Shown here in pieces: positions 37,482-50,119 of a DNA stretch of 64,000 nt (positions are counted from its first letter, which is position 1; the number at the start of each line of letters is the position of its first letter). The position numbers were made by a program, and so were the translations under genes. The DNA comes from Pseudovirgaria hyperparasitica (taxonomy: Eukaryota). Where the stretch lies: NCBI GenBank assembly GCA_010093815.1, contig ML996591.1. One strand, written 5' to 3'. The notes under the pieces were generated by a model. It saw only the letters and a list, made by a program, of their open reading frames with translations. It was not told the DNA's origin and ran no database searches.

Positions 37482-38667
37482 ATGGCCTACGACTTCGATG
37501 GCCTGAACGGCGATATTGCCGAGGGTCTCAGTGTCAAGATTCGCGAGGTACATCTCATTAGCCTCTCAATGCATGCTCACGGTCGCATGGTTGCTGTACT
37601 AACCGCGATGGCGCACAGGCAACTCCCACCGTCGCCGACTTCTACATCGACAACCTCGATCTCGCGACCGCGAATTCCCTCCGCCGTGTGATGCTTGCCG
37701 AAGTGCCCACTCTCGCTATAGACGTAGTTGAAGTCGAAAAGAATACCTCGTACCTCGCGGATGAGTTCATCTGCCATCGCTTGGGCCTGATCCCTCTCTC
37801 CGCAAAGAATGTCGAGGATGTTCTCTACACTCGCGACTGCGAATGCGAACAATACTGTGAGAACTGTAGTGTCATGCTCACGCTGCAGGCAAAGTGCACC
37901 GGCGACGATATCATGCGCGTGTATGCGCGCGACCTGGTAGTTTCGGAGATGCGGGCGAACGAGTGGGTTGGGACACCTGTGCTGTCGGACCCAGACGGTA
38001 ACGGCTCGATTATCTGCAAGCTAAGGAAAGGACAAGAGATCAAAATGAAGTGTATAGCGAAGAAGGGTATAGCAAAAGAGCATGCGAAATGGGCCCCAAC
38101 AGCCGCAATCGGGTTTGAATACGATCCATACAACCGGTTACGGCACGTCAGCTATTGGTATGAGGAGGACGCGATGAAGGAATGGTACGTGCAAAGATGA
38201 TGCCAGCTATTCTTCCAATTGTGATCGCTGACATGAAACCCAGGCCCATCAATGAACGCAACGCCGCCTTCGAGGAACCCGTCGCCGAAAACGACTCCTT
38301 CGACTTCAATAAACAACCCACACGCTTCTATTTCAACGTCGAAACCGTCGGTTCGCTCGAGCCTGATGTTGTCATGCAACAAGGCATCAAGGTTCTCCAG
38401 CAGAAGCTCGCCGGCGTGATTCAGGAGCTCAATGGTGCCAGTGGAGACCAAGAAATGGGATACAACGACGGCGGCAGAACCCCTGACGGTGCGCCCAACG
38501 GCTACGGTGGTGCAGACCAAGGCTTTAATACACCATATGGAGGGCATAATAGTGTATGGGGTGGTGCGGGTGGTGGTGCAGCTGGTGCGGGCGGCACGAC
38601 ACCTTACGGAGCGACGCCATACGGACAGAGTAGTACCACGCCATATGGGCAGAATCCGGGTTGGTAG
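37482..38667 (+). CDS. RPB3: RNA polymerase II subunit 3; introns 37548-37618 and 38185-38243
   Basis: Motifs ANSLRRVMLAEVPTLAID, HRLGLIPL, Zn loop CECEQYCENC and KKGIAKEHAKW. Confidence 0.97.
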
Positions 38668-39136
38668 TTCCTGTTCCTGTTACGCTCGTTGTGGTGGTGT
38701 AAAATATGGTGCATAGGAAGGAGCAAGGCGTTTAGGCAATGGGCTTGTGTGAATAATTGTGGGCGCCTCCTCAACCTTCAGAGCATATGCGCAACCTATC
38801 GCGGATTCGATATTGGCATTCAAAAACAAGAACACAAAAAGATAGACGTGCTCTTCAACTTCGCGTACAGGCACGAAAGACCAAAGTTAAACATTCATGG
38901 AGGGCATCTGAAGTTAGAGGACTGCAAGTCCCTTTGTCCTTTTCCTTATCCAATTATAATGTTACTTTTACAGGTTCTCATCTATGTAGTACAGATCGGT
39001 CGTGAGGGAGGAGGAATATATGTACAAGTAGGATTAGCCTGCAAGCTATGCTGCAACAGCAAGTATAAACGTGGAGAAACATTCTTAGCAAGCCGAACAG
39101 CACTTTTATCAAAACAAGGCAAAGCGACGAGACCAT

Positions 39137-39934
39137 CTATGAGTTCTTCACCACGCCCACCTTTGCCGCCCGTATCACCCTGCCATTCAACTTGAAGCCC
39201 TTCTGCTGAGTGGTAAAACACGTCCCATCCTCCTTATCCCCCTGCGGTGTCATGAATATCGCCTCGTGCACATTCGGATCAAACTTCTCGCCCTCAGGGC
39301 TCGGGTCGAACCGCTCCAGCCCATGCTTCTTCAGCGTGCCCATGAGGATCGTCTCCGTCATGCGCAGACCGGAGTGCAGGTTGGCCAGATCGGTATTCGC
39401 GCCCTCGGCGAGCGCGGCTTGCGGTGTGTTCTCGAGCGCGCGGTCGAGATTGTCGATGGACTCGATGAGATCGCGGGAGAAGCGCGAGAGGGCAAAGTCC
39501 TTTGCGGCAGAGACTTCTCGCTTGGTGCGCTCTTGTAGGTTGCGGAAGTCGGCGACTGAGCGTAGGTACTTGTCCTGTGTTGAGAGGCCTGGATTAGCGG
39601 AAGCTTTGGAATGGGCAGTTTCGCAGCTCGCGTGATGCGTGCGCTGCAGTGCGAGGCAGGACTGGGATCAATTGCGTACCTTTAGCTCGACAACCTCCTT
39701 GTTCCTCGCCTCGAGCTCCTTCTTGACCGGGTCTTCGGGTTCGGTTTTGGTCTCTGTCTCAGCGGGTTTCGCGTTGTCTTCTTTCTTCGACTCGCTGGCT
39801 TCGGAGTACCATCGCGAAACTACTCCGGGCTGCGTGGCGCGCAGATATGAGGGACTGGAAGTGCGAAGTGCGACCTGGGGGCGGAAGGAGGGACGGACGA
39901 CGCGCGAGGTGCGCAATAATGTTCTTTGAATCAT
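39137..39934 (-). CDS. MGE1: Mitochondrial GrpE co-chaperone; intron 39575-39679
   Basis: Arg-rich presequence, then DKYLRSVADFRNLQER, FDPNVHEA and GFKLNGRVIRAAKVGV. Confidence 0.96.
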
Positions 39935-40476
39935 GTTGTGATGTGTGAGTGTGGGAGATGGATGATGAGTGTGACGTCTAGAGAGCTTGAAGGCAAAGAA
40001 TAGAAATCTTTTGGGATGCAGGGATCGGCGGCCCGTGCACCGCCGTCCCGATGGACATCATTCCAAGCCACGCATAATTTAATTATTCTCTTAAAACTAT
40101 CTAATACTGAGCATATGATAAGTCAGACAACACGCATTATATTCTAATTCCTAGATGATACATATCGGTCTCGTCGAAAAGCACAATCTTTGATTCAGAT
40201 GTACCAGGCCTCCTTAACACATCGACGAACGAACATTGCTCGTGGAAGAGCGGCGCCAAGGTCAATAAAAATAAGCTGGAACTGCGAGTAGCTTAAGCCA
40301 GTCCGAACAAGACGTTCGAAGTAGGCTCAAATTACGTAGCGTTTGATCTTCGCACATTGACTAATCGGCACGCCATGGGAGAGATGGGCATGGCAACTTA
40401 AGTAGTGCGGTTCGGTTCACTCTGATCAGGTTTGTGAGTATGCCTCATCTCACTGTAGATAATGATTTAAATTGAG

Positions 40477-41527
40477 CTAGTCGTCTTCATCGTCTCCATC
40501 GTCAGCGTCATGTACATCCATAACTTTCTGCTCGACCCGACGTAGAATTCGTTTGCTCCAGGCTTGGACGGCTTTCCATATGCCCTGCTCTCGATCAGCT
40601 CTGTTTTCTTGATAAGGGTTGTAGACTTACATAAAGGACTGTAATCACTCCAATCATGATCGCTATCCATGTAATACCAGTGATTCGCTCTCGTCCAGTC
40701 CTACCTTGCCGCCCGCCAGTAGGCACGCCACGCAAACCATTGATCCAGTTCCAAGGGTTACTAAGTAGGACTTTCAAGAAGCCCACCACGCCGATGGACA
40801 CGAATCCATTCGCGAAGTGCTCGTACCAGCTGACGGGCTCATTAGCAGGCCTTTGGTGGTGCCGATTGCGTGAGTCTTCAAAGAGCTGGTCCGTCACAAT
40901 AGTCATCGGATCCAGCCCAATGCGGATGATGGTCTCAGCGAAGAAACCCAAAATAAATGCGATGGAAGTAAGCACGGTGATACTGAGTACCACTCGTAGT
41001 ACTGGGATATTGCCATTAGCATTTGATTTCAAACTTATCGCTGACCAAGAAGTACGGTCGTATCATTATATAAACTTACTCGGGTTCGCTAAGAGGCCGG
41101 CCCATCCAAGTCGTGAAAGCTTGTATTTGAAGCCGCACGTGGGACATTCGTAGAAGTTCCTTCTGCTAGTAGGATCTCGCATCCTCCACTGAGCTAGACA
41201 GCCATCGTGTACATATTTCGATGACCCCTTACACTTGCATGGTCGGATGAGACGCCCTGCTTCATCCTCGTACACAACTTCCGGTCTCGGTTGAAGGAAA
41301 CCGGGCAAACTCTCCATAGGCGGGCGTAATGTTGGCTGGACTATATCAAAACAGATACGACACGTTCGTGGACGGTAGAAATGCTCCTGCGGAGGATGCT
41401 GTTCATTCGGTCTCGTGGACTCAGAGTGGTCAGTTTGAGGGTTCGCTGCACGTTGAGTGAATGTATGCCAATCAGTCGGATCAACATGAGCATAGCCAGT
41501 CGAGTGTGCGTGTTCTGGAGAATCCAT
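40477..41527 (-). CDS. RING-CH (RINGv) membrane E3 ubiquitin ligase; introns 41002-41079 and 40585-40630
   Basis: CRICF...PCKCKGSSKYVHDGCLAQW...CPTC followed by TM helices. Confidence 0.88.
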
Positions 41528-42092
41528 TTTATATGATATACGCTCGCTGCGAGGAATCTGTATGGTCAGTGTATAAAGAGACAAGTCATGTCCGCCGATG
41601 ACAGCGGTAATGAATGAGTATTTAAGAGGTGGCTCGGCCAAGATAAACCTTCACACTCATGTGAGTAGAATACGGATGTCAAACATGATTCACACTCAGG
41701 GGGTGATCAATCTAGACACGGTGGCCGTAGAGAGAGGAGAGTGAACTACTTTGGGGGAATCGACCAAACAAGAATCCAATCGTGGAAGGAACGAGACGGC
41801 CGACGGGAGAATTTACTGCCGTTCGTCGTGGCGCCGGACCTTGAGTGCACGTGACCGTAATGTCTTGGCATTCATTGGTAGCTTCGCCGCGTATTCCAGA
41901 GCTGTAGCTTTGGTTGTTTGTCTTGCCTGGAGCTTCACTTTCACAAAATCATATCGGCTTCGAACTGCAGCATACTCCCACTCTTCACTGTTACTCCCAA
42001 GCTGCCGAATATACTGCCAGTCTATCAAACTATTATCTGGGTGCTTCTCCGCTGATCAGGTCCTCGAAGTCCGATTTCCTCAGTCCGTAGCA

Positions 42093-43133
42093 ATGGCGGA
42101 CCGCTATGCATTCTCACTTACGACATTCTCTCCAACGTGAGTTCTTCTATACACGATGCTCAAATAGAACAGAAGACTAATTGTGTACTAGGGGAAAACT
42201 GGTGCAGATAGGTTTGCGAAACCCTGTCTTTAGTATTGGGCCGGATAACTGACCGCAACAGAGTATGCCCTCAATGCCGTCAACCAAGGTGTCACCTCCC
42301 TGGGTATCAAAGGTATGATCCGTCGCCAAGCTCAATACTTACCACTCTGATCGATTTAGCAACGAATGGCATTGTACTAGCGACCGAAAAGAAATCCTCA
42401 TCACCTCTTGTCGACGCCTCATCTTCGTCCAAAGTCAGCCTCATCACCCCGAATATCGGTATGGTTTACTCAGGCATGGGTCCGGACTACAGGATATTGG
42501 TCGACAAAGCTCGCAAAGTCTCTCATACTGGCTATAAGCGTGTGTACAACGAATACCCTCCGACTAGGATTCTCGTTCAGGACATCGCACGGGTCATGCA
42601 AGAGGCAACACAGTCTGGAGGTGTAAGACCATACGGCGTCAGTCTACTGATCGCTGGTTGGGATGACGGCATTGAGCCGGAGACAGAAGCAGCGAAGGAG
42701 GGTGAGACGGAAGAAGAGAAAAAAGCCGCGCAGGGCAAGACAGGGGGTATTCTCAAGGGCGGACCAAGTCTGTATCAAGTTGATCCTAGCGGAAGTTACT
42801 TCCCATGGAAAGCCACGGCGATTGGGAAGAGTGCAACCAGTGCAAAGACCTTCCTGGAGAAGAGATATACCGAGGGATTGGAGCTCGAGGATGCTATTCA
42901 CATCGCTCTCCTAACTCTGAAAGAGACCATAGAGGGTGAGATGAACGGCGATACAGTTGAGATTGGTAAGCGAATCAAATAATCAAAGCTGCGTAATTCG
43001 CTAACTGCATACAGGCATTGTAGGACCCCCAGAGGATCGTCTATTGGGATATGAAGGGGTAGAGCATGCACAAGGTCCACGGTTCAGGAAGCTTACTTCC
43101 CAAGAGGTGGAGGATTACTTGACAAACTTGTAG
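42093..43133 (+). CDS. PRE8: 20S proteasome subunit alpha-2; introns 42137-42191, 42212-42261, 42313-42359, 42966-43014
   Basis: Spliced product reads [28 protein letters not shown] and contains [17 protein letters not shown]. Includes a 20-nt exon. Confidence 0.97.
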
Positions 43134-43612
43134 AGCATATCTCGAGTACAGAAACTGCTATAATGTCTATACAGAGGTATAGAAGTGACACGATGGTTGG
43201 CTGTCTCTTACGTTCACGGTGATATGGTACACAATGTGCTCCGCCCAGCAGAGATGTCATTGTCTCGAATGTCATATTCTCTAGCCACTATGATCCTTAG
43301 GCATACCTCAAATGAGACATCCAAACTATCACACAGACGGAGAGTATACGTAGCCATCGAAGCTCTGTCTGACTATGTTTCGCAACATCGTTTCAAGTGT
43401 CGCGCTGACATGCCTTCCGGGTCGATCTCTTACATTAAGAATCGCATTGTATTACTTACCTGCGAGCTAATTATTTTAGCACTTGTCTAAAAGGAGACAC
43501 ATGTATATAGTGCCAAGATTATTGGGCCCTCAGCAGGTGAGGGATTTCACCTCACCCCTCCAAATAAGAACTTCATGTTAGTAACCTACTTTGCGATGCT
43601 ATAAACATCACA

Positions 43613-45416
43613 ATGGCAGTCCAGCAATTCGTCGGTATGGCTGGTATGGCCCTCTCGAGAGCTAACCACGCTTTTGCAGTTGGTGGCCAATTTAACAACC
43701 CGCCTGACGTTCCGATCTGGTGCGGAAAGGCGTACATGAAGACGTCAGAGAGAGATATTCACCCACATGACGTCGAAATAACTAACTTCTCACAGCAACG
43801 CATCCTTCGAACCCGGTGGAGAACTCGTTGAGCCCCCCAGATCAGATCACCCATTGCTAGACTTGAATATATATCCACACTTCAACATCTACACCGCGGG
43901 CGAAGAGTACGCATCCTTCGTAATTGACGCACCCATATCCTACATCCACGGCTTTCCTTACTCAAACCCAACCATCGACAATACCACCAACACGGTCTCT
44001 CCCTTTACTTATCTCATCATCGAAGTCTCCGACACGCACACCGGCGCTCAGATCATTAGCGGCGACCGAAGCGTGAAGATCAACTCGACAGCAAACATAT
44101 TCCCCTTTTCCCTCGACCATTTCACACCCCGATTCGCCCCCTACAACATAACCCTATCCGCATCCTCCATCGACGGCAGCCAGACCTACACCACACACAC
44201 ATCCCTCACCTACCTCCCCGCCCGCACCGACCACGGCTCCGTCGTCAAACTCGACAACCTCCACGGCGGCCTCTACGTCCGCGACCAGCTCTCCAAAACC
44301 AGCACAACCTGGCAACCCATCATCCCCTTCACCTTCTACACCTCCTGGGACGGCTTCCTCCTCCCCTCCCCCTCCTCCCTCGACACCTACAAAGCCCTCG
44401 GCTACAACACAATCCACATCATCCCCCCCGGCACCCAAGACCCCTTCGACCCCACCCTCTTCGAATCCTACCTCTCCCACATGGACGCCCTCAACCTCCA
44501 CCTCATCTACGACATGCGCCACACCTACACAAACACCACCTCCCTAACCACCCAACTCCACCGCCTCACACCCCACAAATCCCTCCTCCTCTGGTACACC
44601 GCCGACGAGCCCGACGGCATCGGCGCCCCGCTCGACAGCCCCCGCCACGCCTACTCCCTCCTCAAATCCCTCGACCCCTACCACCCCGTCAGCCTCGTGC
44701 TCAACTGCGCAAACTTCCACTACGCTGCCTATGCCGCCGGCGCAGACATCCTCCTGCAAGACGCATACCCCGTCGGTATCAACGCACAGCACAGCACAGT
44801 CTGGGACACGCCGTGCAACCGCACGTACGGCGACTGCGGGTGTGATGGCTGCACAGGCCGACTTGAGGATGTAGCGCGGCGGATGGACGCGGTGGCGCGC
44901 TACGAGACGTGGATTGCGCGGGAGGGGGAAGGGAAGAAGGCGTTTTGGGTTGTGCCGCAGGCGTTTGGGAATGAGAGTTATTGGCCGCGGTATCCGCGGG
45001 CGGATGAGGAGGTCGTGCTGGTGATGCTGGGGGTGAATCATGGGGCGAAGGGGGTTTCGGCGTGGAGTTTTCCGACGACGGGGGAGTTGAGGGATGTGAC
45101 GGGGGCGTTGGCGCGGGTGTTGACGAGGGGGGATGTTACGGGGTTGGTGCTCGGGGGTGAAGGGGTGGGGTTGAGGGTCGTGGGTAGGGAGAGAGTTGAT
45201 GCTGCTGGGTGGGTTGGAGAGGGAGCTATGCTTGTCAGTGTGGTGAGTATGGAGTATGATGCGAGTAAGGGGTTGGTGAGTGTGGAGTTGCCTGTTCGGG
45301 CGAAGGGGGTCAAGGAGAAGATCTGGGGCGGTGATGGGTGGAAGGTCGATGGGAAGACTCTAAGCAAGGACGGATTAGTGAATCTCGAAGTCGCCATTCT
45401 GATACTCGAGGTTTGA
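43613..45416 (+). CDS. Uncharacterised glycoside-hydrolase-superfamily (TIM-barrel-like) protein, probably extracellular; intron 43744-43795
   Basis: Motifs WYTADEPDG, DPYHPVSLVLNC, DILLQDAYP, CNRTYGDCGCDGC and WVVPQAFG. Many N-x-S/T sequons. The signal peptide is weak. Confidence 0.75.
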
Positions 45417-45736
45417 ACACACTGGCGTCCTCGTCAATAGAACACCGCAGAAACAGATGGAAATGTATTTCGATCAAACGTCTATTCTGGTTCTTGGTAT
45501 GACAAAGAAGATTTATGTCTATCTACATACCGGCGGTCAATAGCTTCAAAAAGCGCGCGCGAAGTCTAGCTACAACCCGGGAGAAGACCAATAGAAACGC
45601 CAGTCCGAAACTTAATCCGATGCATTAAGAAAAACACGCACACAGCCCATATCGTCTCTGTACGTGAACATCATTACGCTTTTTTCGACTCCAGATGACC
45701 CCCTGTACACTTTTTGATAGATGACAGGCGAGTCGC

Positions 45737-48700
45737 TCATTCGTCCTCGGATTCAGAGACGTAGGCGTCACCCAGTTCCTTCTTGCGGGCCATACGGGCT
45801 GGTGGAAACGTTAGCAGATGACACTTCAACATGCAGGTACAGCATTGCGACTCACCCTTCTTCTTCTTTCTTAGCTCAGCACTTGTAAGCTTCTTCTTCT
45901 TTGGACCCGACTCGATCTTGTTACCCATGGCGTCGAACTTGACCTCCTCGTCATCGCCCTTTGCATCCAGACGAGGTCCAGCACCTTGTCCTTGCACCCA
46001 GTTGTGTCCAGAAGGTGTCATCTTGCCGTCAACAACGGCCCACACTTCCTCGGTGAGATCCTTGGTGAACTCGGCAGAGTGAGTGATAATGATGACACCA
46101 CCCTCGAAAGACTTGATGGCCTTGGACAAGGCACCTAGTGAGTCACGGTCGAGGTAGTTGGTAGGCTCGTCAAGAACGATCAAGTGAGGACGTTGCCATG
46201 AGCAGGCAGCGAGCACGACCTTGACACGCTGACCACCAGACAGACCCTTCATACGAGAGTGAGAGATAAGCTCAGCATCAAGACCGAAGTTGGCAGCGTG
46301 TTGCTCAATTTCCTTGCGGACCAAGGGACGGAATTGACCGCTGGCGAGAGCCTCCTTCTGGTCGACTTCGGCAACAGCCTTCTGATGCGATGACAAGATC
46401 TCGTTACGTGGGATCCAAGCATTGTCTGCAGTCATCATGGGGGTCCACTTCTCGTTCTTCATTCCGACGTTTTCACCAAGGGCGAACGAACACTCGTATT
46501 CGTACGAGTTCTTGAACTTTCTGCGTGAGTGCACACCGATGACTCTGCGCTGAGTGCCCTCAATCTTGTATACCTTGTTCATGGCGTTGACATCATCATC
46601 AGTGACAATCTTGTTGGCACGGTCCATCGTCTCGCGATCCTCACCGGTCTGGAAACGCCATTGAATGTACTCAGATGGTGTCTTCTCGAGATGGTGATCG
46701 ATATGGGCGAAAGCGTGCTGCTTAATGTATGCGATACGGATGTTCTCGTGCTGGTAGACCTCACCAGATGTGGGAATGAGTTCACCAGTCAAGACGTTGA
46801 CAAGAGTTGATTTGCCAGCACCGTTGGGGCCAATGACAGCAATACGAGAGCCAAGAGAACACTGGAAGGAGATGCCGTGGATCTGAGGCTTGGAAGTACC
46901 AGGGTATTGGAAGGACATGTTCGTGACACGAACAATAGCCTTGGCCTTTGTCTTGACACCTTCAAGGAAACCGGGTTCGGGGAATTTGAACTCCATCTCG
47001 GAAGCACCAAGCTCGTAGTATGAGCGAGCAGATGGGACACGCTTGACGAACTCGCTCAATGTACCACGGTAGCGCTTAAGCTTGAAGCGCTCGTAGTGAA
47101 TGACGTGTTGGATAACGTTGTCGAGGAATTTGCTGTCGTGAGAGATGATGATGGATGTGCAAGGGTTGCCAACGAGGTAGTCTTCCAGCCACTTGACGTT
47201 CTTGACGTCCATGTGGTTGGTCGGCTCGTCCAGAAGGAGGATATCAGGCTCCTCGAAGACGGCACGGGCAAGGGCCAGCTTCATCTTCCAGCCACCCGAC
47301 AGGGAGCCGACGGGAGAGGAAATTTGATCCTTGACGAAACCGAACTCTTGCAGTGTCTTCTCAACATCTGCATCAGGTTTGGTGATACCGACTGACTGCA
47401 GCTTCTTCTGAGTCCATTCGATGACTGTGTACTCAGTATCGTCGGAGTCAAGGTCGTGCTCGACGTAAACAGTCTTGACTTCGCTCTGCTTGGGGAAGCC
47501 CTCGACTTGCTCGTTGTTGATGGCGCGCATAAGGGTGGTCTTACCAGATCCGTTGGGGCCCAAAAGACCGTAACGCTGGCCACGCTTCAAGCGGAGATGG
47601 GTCTGATTGAGCAAGATCTTTGCACCGTAGGCAAGATTGAATGTGCAGTTACATAGATCCTCGCCCTCCTCCTCATCAGGTTCCATTTCTTCCTCGTCAG
47701 CGACACCAGGAGAGGCACGCTTGCGAAGAGAGTCAATGATACCAGGGGCATCTGCGTCACCAACGACAACGGCAACGTAGGGAGACAGAGCGGTCAACCA
47801 CGTGACCTGTTCGGTGTCCTTGTCATCGATGAGCTGACCGGCGATGGCAGAAATGTAGATGTTGACGGCTTCGAACTTGTCCGAGGTAGCATCCTTGTAC
47901 TTGGAGCCGTAGAGCTCCTTGAGATGGCCAAGAACGGTGGAAATGTCACCAGCATGAGACACCTCGGGGATCTTGCCATCTTTGACGTCACCAACACGGG
48001 CAAGGGTGTCGAGACCTTGCTTGGTCTTCTCGCGAGCTTCTGGGTCGGCAATTGTCTCATAGTTCTTGGTAAGAGCAGGCATAAGCTTGGGCAAGAAAGA
48101 TGCAACAATTTGAGGGTCCTCGACGAGCTTGCACATGTTGTCGACGATGACGGCAGACTTTCGCTTGATAGCAGTCTCGCGCTCGACAAGACCACGTTCA
48201 AGGAGAGGAACCATAATTGCCAGTGTCGGCTGGTGAACATCAGTGACGAAGGTAGTGGCACCCAGTAAGTGAACAGTCTCAGGGACGTTCTCTGGCTTGG
48301 CGATACACTTGATGAGCTCGGGAATGAAACGCTCGATATCCTTGTTGGAGATCAAAGCGCAAATCTTTTCCATAGTGCCGTACGCAGCCTTCTTGACCTC
48401 GGGCTTGGTGTCCCACATTGCCTCAGACACGATAGGAATCAGGTCTGGGACTTGCAGACCAGTCTGTACAGGAGAGTTTGCGGCTAGCGCCTCGATGCAG
48501 TTCAGGCCGGTGATCTTCTCGGGCCATTTCAGCGCTTCGCGGAGCGAAACGGTGATGTGAGGGATGATAGCCTTGACGGCATTGGCGTTTGTGGCTTTGA
48601 TGATGGCCTCAGTTGCGGCTTGCGCAGCAACCTTGACTGGGTTCATCTTGTCACTGACAGCCTTGAGAGTGGCGGGAAGGAGGGCGACAAGGTATGGTTC

Positions 48701-49064
48701 GATGGCGGGGGAGACTGTGGAGTGCGAAGCGATGGCCTTGATGGCGTCCAGCGCACGCTCTCGCACGTTGGCATCTTTCTTGTTGTTCAGTTGCTTCTGG
48801 AGCAGAGCAACAACCCTAGAGCGGTACTGTTAGCCCAAAATCCTCCGTGTGTGGAGTGGCAAAAGCTTACTTGGTGGGAGCATCAGCCTCCTCGATATCA
48901 CCGTTAATGAAAACGGCGAGGTTCTGCGAGGTAGCAGTGATCTCAGCGGCATCTTTCGAAATGCTGAGTTTAGAGACGAGTTCCTCGAGGACCTTGACGG
49001 ATGTCCTGTTCTCGCTCTTGACGGAGGCAGCGTTGTAGGACGCAGTTTCAGCAGCGGGAGCCAT
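45737..49064 (-). CDS. TEF3: Fungal translation elongation factor 3; introns 48816-48870 and 45799-45855
   Basis: HEAT region and two ABC cassettes ([26 protein letters not shown]) with a chromo insertion and a Lys-rich tail. Strong codon bias. Confidence 0.98.
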
Positions 49065-50068
49065 GTTTTAAGGAGTTTTGAGAGTTTCTTTTAGACACAG
49101 ATAGCGGTAAGATATGCTATGCGGATGACGCTGAGATCAAGGCTGCTTGATCTGGTCGAAAGCGCAGAGGAAATAATCTATGAGATGAGGGTATCAAACG
49201 TAAGCGGTCGCGACGAAAGCGAGATTCGCAATGTCGCCACTTTTCTGATTCGCAAACGGCAAATACGACAGACTCTAGAGAAGACTGAAGGGAAAAGAGT
49301 AAGTATAGGAGCGAGTCCTGGAGAGAGTGAGAGTGAGTGGAGAGTTTGGGGGGAGGGAGTGAGGGTAATAAAAAAAGTGGTGGAGGGGCTGTGGACGAGT
49401 TTTAACTGTGGGCGCTGGAATAAATTTTTGTTCGGGCGACTAGCGAGGGGCAGGCGCTAAGGCCACCTTCACCGCTTCTACTGGTTGCCGGGCAAAAAAA
49501 TGAATAACAACTAGCAGTGAGCTTGCAGGCGTCTTTTTAGCCTTTCCCAACGACCAGACTCTGCCATTGCTGTGACTTTGAATCGGTTTCTTCAAGATGG
49601 ATATCTGCTGTAGTGGTGGTGAATCTGTCTGTCCGCGTGGTCAGTCAGTTTCATGGTTACATACTATATGTAGGAGCCAACGAGATGGTGAGAGACTGAC
49701 TGCACCATCCATCCTATGTCTGCTGCATACGAGGCGGCAAAACGCAACACATGCCAGCGGCAGTGTATCAGACATCGGATGGGCATTGGACCAGCCTCTC
49801 TCCCGCCCACACTGGTAGTGTATCTATCTAGTAGACATAGTAGATATGTAGACATGCTGGTGTACATATATCAAGACACATGGTTCAGCTGGAGATTCAA
49901 TGGTGGGTTGTCTCTATCATATGTCTCACAGGGTGACCACTCTGATCTCTCATCAGCATGAAGTTATAGAGTACTCTGTTGAATTGAAGGCTAATACCTA
50001 GGGAGTACATATATAATACTACTAAGAATACCTATTAGGTACATATCTTAATTAGGCGCAGAACAACC

Positions 50069-50119
50069 CTTATCCTTATCGCTGCCGGCCCGACTCCCGC
50101 CGCCACTTCGGGCCTTATC
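50069..50119. promoter_or_regulatory. Cluster of three GATAAG (GATA-factor) sites
   Basis: CTTATC at 50069-50074, 50075-50080 and 50114-50119. The target gene is unknown. Confidence 0.4.

Noticed and set aside
41628..41730. GGTGGC half-matches to the Rpn4/PACE element upstream of PRE8
   Set aside because: They lack the AAA tail of GGTGGCAAA and are too short to support a call.
41751..42092. In-frame TTG-initiated upstream extension of Pre8
   Set aside because: The alpha-subunit N-terminus is conserved at MADRY and forms the proteasome gate. The extension shows no protein-like features.
43454..43462. ACTTACCTG resembling the 5' end of U1 snRNA
   Set aside because: No U1 stem-loops follow. 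It could equally be a chance antisense splice donor.
49800..50055. AT/TpA-rich patch with short repeats (aataccta twice, tagtaga twice)
   Set aside because: No definable terminal repeats or target-site duplication, so a mobile-element call cannot be supported.
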